DNA of 64,000 nt from Phoronis australis. Lineage: Eukaryota > Animalia > Phoronida. Position numbers and translations under genes: made by a program. Location: positions 91,512 through 155,511 of the forward strand of contig NMRA01000103.1 of NCBI GenBank assembly GCA_002633005.1. Direction: 5' to 3'. The notes under the pieces are model-generated. The model made no database searches. It saw only the letters and a list, made by a program, of their open reading frames with translations, and was not told where the DNA came from. Shown here piece by piece: positions 13,014-24,855 of the stretch (position 1 is its first letter; each line of letters starts with the position of its first letter).

Positions 13014-13359
13014 AGTGGCCCCGTGGAAACATGATGAACGACACACCGGCATCAATGCCCATGCTTGGTCGGAAGTTTATCGATCACATTACCACCACTT
13101 GCACATGCCGTCTACACACTATACTTATTTGAGCTTAGCCAAGGCGGGATCGAGGTTCCTTTGATTTTGTTTAATTCGATCACTGCCCGTTTTGACAAAT
13201 TGCAACTATTTAATTCAAAGGGTGGTAGCCATATTGCGTTACAGTAAACTGAAAGGGGTTTCCCAGGTTTCAACCAATAGGAATGGCTGAATGTTATGAC
13301 GTCGGTTTCACTACTTACACAAATGAGAAGCCATGAGAAACGACATTAAACAGCGCTAC

Positions 13360-14230
13360 TTTTCGTAGCACTGTGAAATAGTCTAGCTATGGTACAGAGT
13401 GCAAAAACGTCACATATAGTCGGCATCCCGTCTGTCCGTTCAGCTGTACGTCAGTCGGTTTCTTGTCCGTCAATTATCTCAAGAACCACTTGGCGGATCA
13501 TGATGAAATTTGGTATAGAGGTACTTGGCGGGTATGCGCCAGCACCAGTCGATTTTCAGATGAGTTTGGCTACCGTGGTATCCCATGTTGGGCGTTTAGT
13601 TTTCGATAAGCCATTCCTTGTGTGTCGATTATCTCAACAAGTGCTCGAAAGACCACAATGAAATTCGATACTGAGGTATATGGCGAGAATGTACCGGTAC
13701 CAGTTAATTTTTGGACGGATTCAACTACTTTTAGTTTTTACTGCTCAAGTCATTGCTTGTCCGTCGATTATCGTGAAACTGCTCAATGAATCATGATGAC
13801 ATTTGACATAGAGATAGACAGAGACAGATGGCTGGTATGCGCCGGCAACAGTCGATTTTCGGACAAAGTAATCAGTTGGCTACTGATGTAGCACCCTTTG
13901 TTCTCCATTTTAGTTCTTGACAAGACAGATTGATTATCTCAAAAACTGCAAGGCACAACTGGATGACATTTGACACAAAGATATGTGGCATGCAGGAATG
14001 GATGCGCTGACAGAAGTCGATTTTCGTTTTAATTCGATCACCCTCCTATCCGTCGTTCATCTAAGTACTTAAAAGATCATCTTACAGGCAAATTGCTTAG
14101 AAGTGTTGTTCCTTCTTGTAGAAATTTTGAAATATTGTGCACCCCTATCATCTCAGTCCATTTGAGATGCACAAGAAGGGTGCATACCAATATCGCTATT
14201 CACTGGAAAGCATGCGTGAATTAATTTTTA
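13360..14230 (+). mobile_element. Second HINE-like family (diverged tandem core of about 150 bp)
   Basis: gtctgtccgt microsatellite-like start followed by repeated units containing 'tgaaatttggtatagagg' and 'cagtcgattttc'. Ends are uncertain. Confidence 0.45.
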
Positions 14231-14854
14231 TTGATTACCCGGGAGGGAGCTGATATTGTGTCTTCTGGATGATTATGGGCTCACGAAACATTGAAGATCG
14301 AAAATATCTTAAAACAATAACACTTTTAAATTACCATGTAAAATTCAAGCATAATTTAAAAATATTATTGGTGGTTGCGTTTTATATTTCAACCTAATTA
14401 AAAATTATGGGTCATGGGTTGGAGAAATAAAAGAAAAATAGGGCAGCGGGTAAAAAATTAAAGGGCCTTCATCCCACACCCTTTACGTTTTTTTTTGTTG
14501 CTAGAACAGCCCTAAAGAACTCTTGCAATTTGTGGCTGCTGTGTTTGCATTCGCGAACGGGCGTTTACTTCTCGCGGAATGCACGAGGCTACCATTGAAA
14601 AGGTGTTGATGTTGTCTATCTTAATTTCGACTTATGGCGTCAGACCAAAGCTGTTAATTTGCTCGAGTTAATCTTCTTTTTCATTCAACTTTTTCATCAA
14701 GTCAATTCCGATGATTTTTCCGTTGAGAAAAAAGGCCTCTATTTTGATACCAAATTCACGCAGAAGTTAATGAAAAGGTCTAGATTTCGCGACTTCATTG
14801 TACGAAGTATCAGGTTGTACAAATGTTGTCTATCAAAATCGCTGGTAAACATAC

Positions 14855-15504
14855 CCACGGCAAATGGCATCCATGCCTGATTTTGCACCAATTCGCCGTC
14901 GTTGTCAAGGAATCTCTCGGGTCTGAAGACTTCCGGATCTCCCCATACCACAGGATCCCAGTGCGGCCCCATCCAGTTGGCGTGGAACACAGTGTTCTTG
15001 GGTATATTATAACCTTGAATAACACTATCGTCTGTGGTACGCAAAGCAAGGGAGCCCGCCAACGGTGTCGCTATTCTTGTGGCCTCCATGAAAGAGGCTT
15101 CTAGGTAATTCATCTTGGAACGGTCGTCCAGACGCGGCAGACGCTCAGACCCGATGTTGTCGTCGACTTCCCATTGAGCCTTCGCTTGGCACTCGGGATG
15201 CATGCTCATGAACAGTATCCACCATCTGATGCCACCAGATGTCGTGTCGACGGCATCTCCCCACAATGAGAACAGATACAGCAAGATCTCGTCGTTGTCA
15301 AACCCCTTTTTCAAACACAGGTCGACGAAGTCTCGCGGGCTATCCGTGTCAAACGTCTTTCTGTGTTCTTCTATTTTCTCGAGGAAGAAGTCGTTGAGCA
15401 TTTTGGCACCGTGACGTCCTTTCTGCACTAACTTTTGGCGGAACGGTGAGAAGCGGAGCATGGGAAACGTGTCGGCTTCGCACAATGGCCCCATGGCTGT
15501 AAAC
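14855..15504 (-). CDS. Cytochrome P450 exon 4 (F-K helices, I helix, PERF)
   Basis: tttag| ... G|gtatgt; contains PRDFVD, GDAVDTT (I helix), EATR (ExxR) and FRPERF. Confidence 0.95.
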
Positions 15505-15990
15505 CTAAACAGAAATAAATAATTGTTTAGGAACCAGTCTGTCTTTCAATCTTAATTCCAAATGACCTCCGAACCCAGATACCTGAATGCTATTGTATGG
15601 CTATCATGATTACACAGCACTTGGTGATATTGGCACCTCCTTAACAACTATGATAAACACGTACTGCATGTGTGGAGTTACATCTTCTATTTAAAGAATT
15701 TTAGTTTTTAGCAAATTCGAAAGTTGGAAGTTGAAAACAATTGGTTGGATACAATAGGCAGAACAGAACACAATATCGTCAGAGAATACTGGCTTCACAT
15801 CACAGTGCATGACACATGCAGGGTCTGTAAATGACTAGCAACCATCGACCATAACTCCAGCCTACATTCTCCAACATTCCTATTGAGTGAGTGTTTTGCT
15901 TTAGTCAGGTGATAATGTTGAACAGTTTTATGGACGTGAGCAAGATAAAAAACCAGAGGGAGGAATAACTTTAATTAAAAGTCAACGTAC

Positions 15991-16276
15991 CAATCTTGGG
16001 TCCATGAAATGAAGTTGTCCGATTCTTTACTACCTAGATCGAACGTGATGCTTAGGTACAGGTTGGCCACGAAGTTCATAACGGAGCCGTTTATGGGCTC
16101 AGTTGTGCAGAAGGGATTGTCTTTGTATTGACGGATGAAGTCTAGCCCGTACTGAATGTGCTCATTCACACTGTCACCAAAGTTAAAGTTGGGAATACCC
16201 ATACCTCGAATGCCGGCCACGGCAAATTTCTTGCGCTCCTTGAATTTGGGAGTGAAATCGTCTTTGAAAAGGTTTT
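15991..16276 (-). CDS. Cytochrome P450 exon 3
   Basis: ttcag| ... TG|gtacgt; ENLFKDDFTPKFKERKKFAVAGIRGMG...WTQDW; phases match the neighbouring exons. Confidence 0.88.
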
Positions 16277-16458
16277 CTGAATATAAATTACATATTAGGT
16301 AATTTTACTCAAACTCGAGTATACGCTTGGATTGTGTTTAAAACTGCTTTGCAATAACTATTCAAAAATAACACGCCGAATGCGATTAGGCCTGGTTTGA
16401 AGTTTGACCTCCGGTATTTTAGCATGTATTTAGCATTTACTGAACACTTCTAAAATGG

Positions 16459-17290
16459 AACAAGAGCAACGCGGAGAGTTGAAATGCGCCCACGAATGCA
16501 CAGCAAACGGTGGCCTCTAGACGGTGCAAAAATGCCCAATCCATCTGAAAACTGTAACATGCCATCACTTCTTTTATACAAAGCAATTTACCAAATTTCA
16601 TAAAATCTTTCAAGGAACTTCAGAGAATCAAAGGAAAACGGAAAAAATGAAATTGCCATTATGGGCCACAGCGTTCGCTGGATCCGCCTGAGAGACGGCG
16701 TCGTCGTCTGCTGTGAACTTCATATAAAACAATTACTAAACTTAATAAAGATCCTGCAATGGGTTTAGGATATGCAGCTTTGGGTGCAAAACAAAACTAT
16801 CACTAGGAGGCGCCACGGTAGTCGAAATCGTCATCGTCAACCGCCATCTTCACAATGAGAACATATATGCCAATTTTCAGTCATCCTTAGAACGGTTTGG
16901 TTGATCGAGAGGTGGGTGCCAGAAAACAGACTCAAAAACACCAAAAATGGCCGCTAGGTGGCACAAAGTACCTCGATTTCATCCCAAAACGGGAGGTTAG
17001 CATCATCTCACACTATAGATGCCTACATTCGAAATTTTCTGAAAATCCGTTAAGGACCTTTGAATTAAGACACAGAGGTAAACGTAAACACTTAAATTTG
17101 CCACTAGGGTGCACACCGGTCGCCGGTCCAAAGGAATCTTCGCTCATGCCGTCCCATCCATAAAAAGGAACATATGTGCCAAATTTCATGAACATACTTT
17201 AAAGGGTTTTGGCGAGAGAGCAGCGGACGCTGGACAGACAGACGAACGGGCGGAGATACGTCCACATACAAATATATGGGCGGATAAAAA
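16459..17290 (-). mobile_element. HINE copy (same family as 5148-7107) in CYP intron 2
   Basis: Reverse complement of both termini (aacaagagcaacgc..gaaatgcgcccac; ggacagacagacg..gggcggataaaaa) plus core motifs. Confidence 0.75.
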
Positions 17291-17436
17291 TGTGAGTAAA
17301 CAATTTGTCTGGTCAAAACGAACAGAAAGAATCATTGTGAGTATGATGCACCGATATCCTTGAAAACGTGAATTAGTTTCTCAGCAATAGGACGCGTCAA
17401 AACGATTTTCACCCCAAAATTTGCCACGATGCTTAC

Positions 17437-17552
17437 CTGGGTCACTCCCCATGAGCTCAAATCCATGTGAATAGGGTCGACCAGCAAAGGCCATTGGCTT
17501 TTTTATGAGTGCTTCTTGGATGGCGGGGAACTTGTTTAACACAATGACAAGA
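17437..17552 (-). CDS. Cytochrome P450 exon 2
   Basis: ttccag| ... G|gtaagc; LVIVLNKFPAIQEALIKKPMAFAGRP. Confidence 0.92.
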
Positions 17553-17866
17553 CTGGAAAACAGAGACATTGCAGAATCGATTTATTCACCTGACATTAAT
17601 CGCATTCAAAACTACGAGTATGTGCCTGAAACCTAGTATCAGTGTGTAGGAACAATAAACACACAGAGGTCTCAAAAAATAATTGCCGGTAGTATCTTGC
17701 AAGTTCTGTAAACTGGACAGCAGTTTTCGTGAATAGCGCCATGATAAAAAATATAGGTACGTACCTTGAAGTGTTCAAACTTATACATAATGAACTAATG
17801 TGTGACGGTAAATTAAAAAAAATCTTTGAGCGGCGTGTCAAAAATAACCAATTTCAAAGATGCCAG

Positions 17867-18375
17867 AAACAAGAGCAACGCGGAACGTTGAAACGTTCTT
17901 ACGACTGCACCGCAAAGGGTGTGGTTCTAGGGTTGTTTAGTTGCATCATAAAAATGGCCATTATGTGGCACAGAACACATTCAAAAATGGGAATGTAGCA
18001 TCGTCTCTCCAAACTAGTTGCCAAATTTCACAAAAATTTGTCATAGGACTCCATAGATACAAATGCAAACGTAAAAAACAACAGTAGGAACGGCAGCGGC
18101 AGACGAGTTCGTCCATCTGCTGCCACGTAAAAAGCAATACAATTGCAAAAATTTCAAAAAAATCTTGCAAGGAGTTTAGCAGATACAGCCGCAGATGCAA
18201 ACTAATATCACTAGGAGGCGCCACAGTATTTGGACCCGTTTGAAAACCCATGTCAGTCATGCTCTTGTCAGTACGAACACATCTAATAATTTTCATAATT
18301 TCCTGCGCGGTTTGGCAGATACAGAAGCAGAGGACAAAACGGACTAAAAATAATTAAAATGGCCAGTAGTTGGTC
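17867..18375 (-). mobile_element. Partial HINE copy in CYP intron 1
   Basis: aacaagagcaacgcggaacgttgaaa terminus and the cactaggaggcgccac core motif. Confidence 0.6.
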
Positions 18376-18745
18376 GTCTTCAGGACGGTGAGAAGAAGGA
18401 ACAACGGAATTGTCAAATGAAGGAACAACGTCAGAGAAAAAGTTAAACCATGCACTGATACCGAGTTGTCAAATGTTCTCTTGAATTTTCTGTCTTATCC
18501 GTACTTCGCAGTCTTTCTTTTCTCGAATAATGTTAACGGCCCCAGGCCTACTATGTCGGTTAACACGGTTTAACATTGACGACTGCAAATATTCTTGGAG
18601 GGAGGGTGGGGGGGGGGGGGGGGGGNCCCCCCCGTCCCCGTCCCGCTTCCTACGGCCCCAAACAGTATATAGTTTGTAATGGTAATACCTGCTCAACCAT
18701 GCCCAATGCGATAACTCAGTGCATCGTAAATCTGTGAAATCTTAC

Positions 18746-18984
18746 GTTGTGCCATAGTACATGGAGAAAATGTCGCCATATTTCTTTCCGAGTCGCCAGA
18801 AGTCGTAATGCCAGTCGTGTGACATAAATGGTAGATAGCCCAAGAGAGGAAGACCTGTAGGTCCGGGCGGAAGGTTCCGCGGTGTCGTGAAATATCGGTG
18901 AATGACCGACAAGAGAACCAGTCCAAGTGACAGCGCAACGGTCACTGCCGCCGGAAGTTCAAGTGACGCAAACCAAGCAGCCAT
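18746..18984 (-). CDS. Cytochrome P450 exon 1 (membrane anchor, proline-rich hinge)
   Basis: MAAWFAS...LSLGLVLLSVI..NLPPGPTGLPLLGYLP..KKYGDIFS, ending AC|gtaag. The five exons sum to 1500 nt (499 aa + stop). The ATG choice is inferred. Confidence 0.9.
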
Positions 18985-19433
18985 CTGAAACTGAAAATCA
19001 AAAAACCAAATTGTTTTCACCATCCATGAAATCTCGGGTGGATCGGCTTTCTTTGCGCCCATCCTTAGAGATCGTGAGTACGCGGGTGCCCCAAATTGTT
19101 TTAAAGTCAGGAGTTACATTTTGATTAGCCAGCTATCTCAAACGCCAGTAAGCTAAGGAACTAAGCGCTCTGACGCTCTATTAAAATACGTGCACAGAGC
19201 GTACAAAACCACTTCGAGCTATGGGGACGACAGCTCAGTTCGCAGCTTCTCCTAAAGCGCCCCACATTACACCGATTATTAACTGGCTCGGTTACTGATT
19301 TTGTGTATCCTAAAACTAAATACAAGGTATTTTGTTTTAAGGTAATGTTGAACCTTACTGGGGAACGTAAATTCAAAGTCAATTACCAGAAAAACTAGGC
19401 TGCGTCAACCATTAAATGTGTATATGTTCAATC

Positions 19434-20720
19434 TCATGGTCTTTCTAGACACATCTTCTTTAGTATGACTTTTAATACAGCACTCATTATTTCACAGAGC
19501 CTGTCACAGCTTGGGTTGTAAGCGGCCATATACAGCTGCTGTGCACTCACAAACCTACTGATATCCGTCATCAAAACTGTTGTGAACTGTTTTGCACGAT
19601 CACTTAGGATCTCTCGTGGGAACCTCACTCTACTGAAGACCTCTAACCATGCTTCAGCACGCGCTCTTCGGTAGTGCCACAGCTTCCAGGTACCTATACC
19701 TCAGTGGTGGCAAAATCTGCCACCGTGAGGATATACATGTACCTGTTCCCCTTGTCCGATACTGGAGTTATTGGGCCAATCAGGTTGACACCGATCCTCT
19801 TGAAAGCCGAGCTCCTCCAAAAACGGTATCTCTACCTGCGGTACTTTGGACACTCACGCTTTAGGGGTCGTCTTCTGGTAGACGTCACGTCATCTGCAGA
19901 ATCGGGTCACTTCTGATGCTACTCTTGGCCAATACAACTTGCTGGTGATACGGAAAGTTATCTTAACACCGAGATGTTCTTCGAGAATGGACTCGGAGGG
20001 GTGGGGGCGAACTTCCATAACTTGGTAGGCGCGACAACTTGTTTCACTTCAACACAATCTTTATTCTTAACAGCCGATAGATTATCCCTCTTTAGACCTC
20101 AGTTATGTACCACCCTTTGTCTTTGGTCCGTCGTTCGACCTTATCTTCAGCATGAACCTTCTTGATGGGCTTCCGTAAACCGCCAGAGCGCCACCTCCAG
20201 TATGGTGAGAGATTCAGACAATAAGGGGTGCAGCCTGCGTCTGTCAACACTGATACTTTCTTCGTGACGACGTGCCAGTCCTTCATACGCAGTTTCCTTT
20301 GGAGGTGCGCTTCACTGGCTTCCTCTTCTCACTCTTGGAACCTCGGTGGTTGACTGCTGCTACCTAATGATGAGGCCAAACTCGCCTGAGACCGCTTCCA
20401 ACAGTCTGTAGCAAGGTGTCCAGCACGCCTCCTCTGCGAGGTAACTATTCTTCTGATTGACCCTCCGGGTTTCTGGCTTGACTGGTTATGGAGTTTCAAT
20501 CATCTACAACCTGGTCAGCTTTCAATGCTATACTATCGCACTCTCGTGTTCCATTCTCTCTCTCTCTCTGTCTGTTTTCCGTCCTCACTGCCTTCTCTCC
20601 TAAGCATCATGGACTCGCTTTCTTTCTTCAGCCTCATCGGCTTGCTCTCTCAACAAACTGTCAATCGTACCCCAGTAGAACCATTTCTCACATGACCTGG
20701 AATGTGTTGCGACACGACTG
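19434..20720 (-). pseudogene. Decayed Ty3/Gypsy retrotransposon internal fragment (integrase and upstream relics)
   Basis: FKRIGVNLIGPITPVSDKGNRY..ILT and FPREILSDRAKQFT..YNPSCDRLCE are integrase core motifs, with stops and frameshifts. Confidence 0.8.
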
Positions 20721-21281
20721 ATTAGTAACACCGAGTACATAATTTTTGATATTACATGGGCGAATCACAAAGTAGCGCAAAATAGACATCCATACGCCTT
20801 ACATTTTATCGTCTGAAAACTAAAACAACCACAAGCGCGCCAACCGGAATTCGGTGACAATGTTATGATTTACAAATCGACTGTCGGAAGGAAATGTAAA
20901 CAATTTCTTAAACGACGAAGAATTCTATATTCATGTTCATTCAAACGGAAATGAGTCGCAACACAAGGAGCGCAGCGAGACTATCTAGCTGTGGTGTCTC
21001 AAGGTCAATTCAGTGCTCACGCGCAGGAAAGCCTTGCTGACTGTTATTTATCAACATTTTTTGTTTTAATATTACTTAAAAGACTATGAGATTTTAACTT
21101 GAATATTTGCTATGAAAGCTGAATGCAATTTACAGCTGTTGAGCATAAAATAAAACTATTAACAAAAAGAAACTGAATTACTTTACATTGCGCGAGCGTG
21201 TTTTTACAAAAATTGCGTCATGTGGTTGAAAGTTTTAGACATGATGAGTTTTTTGGCAAAAAGATTTTTTTACGGTTCATG

Positions 21282-21444
21282 TGAGAAAACAAATCTTACA
21301 CATGTCTCAGATTTATTACATAGGCAAAACTTCTTGGAAATTTCGTCAAAATCTCTCGGAAATTCTCGAGATTTTGACGAAATTTCCAAGAGGTTTTGCC
21401 CATGTCATAAACCCGAGACTCGTATAGGATTCTCTATTTCTTGA
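21282..21444. repeat. Long hairpin / palindromic MITE-like sequence
   Basis: 33-bp arms at 21323-21355 and 21368-21400 match at 32/33 positions; weaker pairing extends outward. Confidence 0.8.
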
Positions 21445-21461
21445 CTTCTACAAGGCCATCT

Positions 21462-22256
21462 CTATTGTGAGTCGCTAATTCCAACAGTCCTTTTTATCAG
21501 ATTCACAGGAAAATTTCGGATACCGTGCTTTGTCCAATTTTCCACTTGTGCCGTGCCCTGTCTATTTGTACCTGAGTAGGGGGTCATACAGTAGACTTGT
21601 TCTTGGTTGCAACGCGGCGTACTCCGTGTACTCGAACCACATGCGGGACTCGAAAGGGGAAACGGTGTCTGTTGTTCCTTTCCCGGCTCGTCCCGGGTAC
21701 AAGGCTGCTTGAGTGCATTGGGACTTTCCGTCCCTGTACATAGCACCTGAGTTTTTGTGGACTGAATCGACTGTAGCCGACAAGAAGACATCACAGTCAA
21801 TTGTTGACCCGTACCTGTTGCAGTGTGTCCCTGGGACTCCGTAGAGTTCGACTGGCCAAGCAGAGCGTCATTGTACGTCGTTAGCGTTTCGGGCGGGACT
21901 GACGACGCGCCATTATCTGGAATCAAGTCTAACACCACCTGATTTTCTTGACTGAGTTCTACCTCCTTTGGCCCTCCACCGGTTTCCTCTAAAGCTTCAT
22001 TCAGTGATGAAAATTCCTTTTTGGCCTTCATTTTTTACCGTTTCCAAAAGTCTTTTAATTGTTTATCATTGCGTTCTTCTGATTGCGAGAACTGTGCAGT
22101 CAGTCTGGAGCCAATATCCATCCTAGCCTGTTGCTTCCGGTGACTTGTTTTGGCGTTACTTTTCATGTTCTCTATGGCATCAGTTTTTTTCTGTAATCAG
22201 TTCCGTGAGGAATCCTTTTTCCTCAGGAGAAAAGTTTTCTCACATTTTTCTATTCA
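21462..22256 (-). pseudogene. Myb/SANT-like (Harbinger accessory-type) DNA-binding protein relic
   Basis: ENFSPEEKGFLTELI/AIENMKSNAKTSHRKQQA..RNDKQLKDFWKR*KMKAKKE..ETGGGP matches the Myb/SANT-like pattern; contains stops and a frameshift. Confidence 0.7.
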
Positions 22257-22334
22257 TTTTATTGATGACAGAGACACCAGGATTCTACTTACAACTGTGT
22301 GCTGTCATTGAAACCCACGTGATTGATACTTCAT

Positions 22335-22494
22335 ACCTGGCGTGCGTTCAATAACGCTAGGGCCTAAGCTAGGACCCAACTGAAATCTAGACAAAGTCAC
22401 GTGATTTCATTCAGAATACACGGCAATATCTCACCTAATATCGCGAAGTCTTCCTTTTTAGCTAGTTCCTAGCGTTATTGAACGGGAGGCTGGT
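22335..22494. mobile_element. MITE of about 160 bp (copy 1 of 3)
   Basis: ACCTGGCGTGCGTTCAATAACGCTAGG...CCTAGCGTTATTGAACGGGAGGCTGGT; homologous to 34142-34302 and 39467-39606. Confidence 0.7.
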
Positions 22495-22523
22495 TTTACT
22501 GAACCCGCTCCCTACATGTTTAA

Positions 22524-24855
22524 AGGAGAATGCCACCCGATTTATAATTAGTCTTTTTTACCGTCATGATCGGTCTATATCCACATCGCCTCTTATACGA
22601 TCGACCTCACCTTGCCGAGAGGTGTCGCATTAACCTGTGAGGAAGGTGACAAGCGATGCATTGACGTCAGTGGTTCGTCTGCAGAGTGCTGCTATATTGC
22701 GGTGCATCGGTTCCCACTTTCTCGAGAGCCCGAAATGCTTAGGAAGTGGCTCGCGGTAGTGAAGATTGAAAGGTACGCTGTTAATAACAATTATGAGGCC
22801 GTGAAATATCTCTGTGTGTGTGGCCGGCATTTCGTCGACAGTGATTTCTCTGACGAATTCCGGATTACCAAAAAACTATCCATACGTTCCGTTGCCTATG
22901 CATGTTCACGGCGCCTCTCTAGTATTTCTTGATCAGTGTATTCCGGTTCGAACTGATAGCCTGTGAAACCTAACGATCCGACCCGTGAAGACTTCTTCGG
23001 ATGAGCTCCTGACTAAGTCGGGATTGGCGACGTGTAGACGTTCTGCGTTGTGTTTCAAAATGAATTATCCTCATCCTAAAATGATACTAACCAATGCTTA
23101 TATGAAACAAAGTCTGTCTCATTCGATATAATTTGTAATGCCTTGGAGTGCTCGTGAGTGCAAATTTTTGAGAAGCCAGCAACGAATAAACCACTGCGTT
23201 ACCGGCAATAAAGGTAATAGCGGAGTTGCAACCGAATCGATTTTACGATTGCGCATGTCCGGAAATTAGGGTGCGCAAAGGCTACTGGGATTGTTGATGG
23301 TAAACGGGATGGTCGACTGGTTTGCACGACGTGTAATTTGTGTGCATTAAACTACGCTGCTGTATGTAATTCTGCCGCTATTCGCCCTAATTAGCGCCCA
23401 TGGCTCAACAAGTGCCCCAACGCGTTTTCAGACTTTGCTAAAGTAAGCGCCCNNNNNNNNNNNNNNNNNNNNNNNNNNNNNNNNNNNNNNNNNNNNNNNN
23501 NNNNNNNNNNNNNNNNNNNNNNNNNNNNNNNNNNNNNNNNNNNNNNNNNNNNNNNNNNNNNNNNNNNNNNNNNNNNNNNNNNNNNNNNNNNNNNNNNNNN
23601 NNNNNNNNNNNNNNNNNNNNNNNNNNNNNNNNNNNNNNNNNNNNNNNNNNNNNNNNNNNNNNNNNNNNNNNNNNNNNNNNNNNNNNNNNNNNNNNNNNNN
23701 NNNNNNNNNNNNNNNNNNNNNNNNNNNNNNNNNNNNNNNNNNNNNNNNNNNNNNNNNNNNNNNNNNNNNNNNNNNNNNNNNNNNNNNNNNNNNNNNNNNN
23801 NNNNNNNNNNNNNNNNNNNNNNNNNNNNNNNNNNNNNNNNNNNNNNNNNNNNNNNNNNNNNNNNNNNNNNNNNNNNNNNNNNNNNNNNNNNNNNNNNNNN
23901 NNNNNNNNNNNNNNNNNNNNNNNNNNNNNNNNNNNNNNNNNNNNNNNNNNNNNNNNNNNNNNNNNNNNNNNNNNNNNNNNNNNNNNNNNNNNNNNNNNNN
24001 NNNNNNNNNNNNNNNNNNNNNNNNNNNNNNNNNNNNNNNNNNNNNNTTTCACTACCAACCGCCGTGGAGTATTTGTTACTGTTTCTTTGAAGGGAGATAT
24101 TGTTGGGCAGTTTCTAAGATACGTTTTCTTGCCGCCCTCAAAATGAGCGCTGCACACTTTATGCTACGAAGTCGGAAAGAATTCACGAAGTCGGCCTTTG
24201 CTACCAGCTCTACCGATGTCTCTGACCCATGTTTAACGCAGTTCTTGATCCTTGGGAAACAGGTAGTAACTAAATTTTTTATTTCGCTAACTGGTATTAT
24301 AGCATGCCAGGCACACAACACGTATAACCTCCCTGTGGCCGGTTCGCCCCCACGCTTGCCGACGTACTTGTTTACCGGCTTAACCACAATGCAACATTCT
24401 GACCCATTTCCAATATGGCGGCGTTGCAACTCCGCTATTGACCGGGCACCGAGGCCGTGTGAGCGCATGCTAATTCAGTGTTTGCTGACAGAAAGCTGTT
24501 GTGAAACAATTACTCGATTTTATATGCTATTGTCACGTGTTAGGAGAATCTTTATTTAGAAATACAAATACACTATTCAAATCATTGTTACTGTACAACC
24601 TTTACCCTGACGGTCTGTAGAAGGGGAACCTGACTTCGCAGCCCCCGACAAGTAGATTTTCAGTTTCATGGCTAATTCACATAAATAATTACGTGCACAT
24701 TACCTCTTTAGCTCTCTATTATAGTCTTTTCATGACTGGAGGTTTAGTTTCCAACTCAAGCTGGTTTATGTTCGTGGCAGTCCCGCCGGCCGCGACGGAC
24801 CTGATCGGGTTCTGAGCCACTGACTGGCCGGGATAACGAGTCAGTCCGGCCGCGA
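22524..24855 (+). mobile_element. Kolobok family B copy (THAP remnant), 3'-truncated at a LINE
   Basis: TTAA|AGGAGAATGCCACCC start; colinear with 53403-55335; THAP-like HRFPLSREPEMLRKW...CVCGRHF. Confidence 0.8.
23219..24436 (-). mobile_element. ISL2EU-like element (AT TSD) with THAP remnant, spanning an assembly gap
   Basis: AT|AGCGGAGTTGCAAC...GTTGCAACTCCGCT|AT; the empty site matches the uninterrupted Kolobok copy (taattgac); YLFPKDQELR..VCSAHFEGG THAP motifs. Confidence 0.65.

Larger units (their letters stand above)
12093..14512. mobile_element. PIF/Harbinger-like non-autonomous element in CYP intron 4, hosting nested insertions
   Basis: TAA|GGGTTGTTCCAGCAA ... TTGCTAGAACAGCCC|TAA (3-bp TAA TSD, imperfect TIR). 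Confidence 0.55.

Noticed and set aside
14739-14854. ORF-track C-terminus of the P450 lacking the heme Cys
   Set aside because: Intron read-through; the real heme motif is completed by the exon at 11802-12010.
18985-19062. N-terminal extension of the P450 from the ATG at 19062
   Set aside because: The downstream ATG at 18984 gives a normal anchor position and a 499-aa length; the extension is not excluded but is unsupported.
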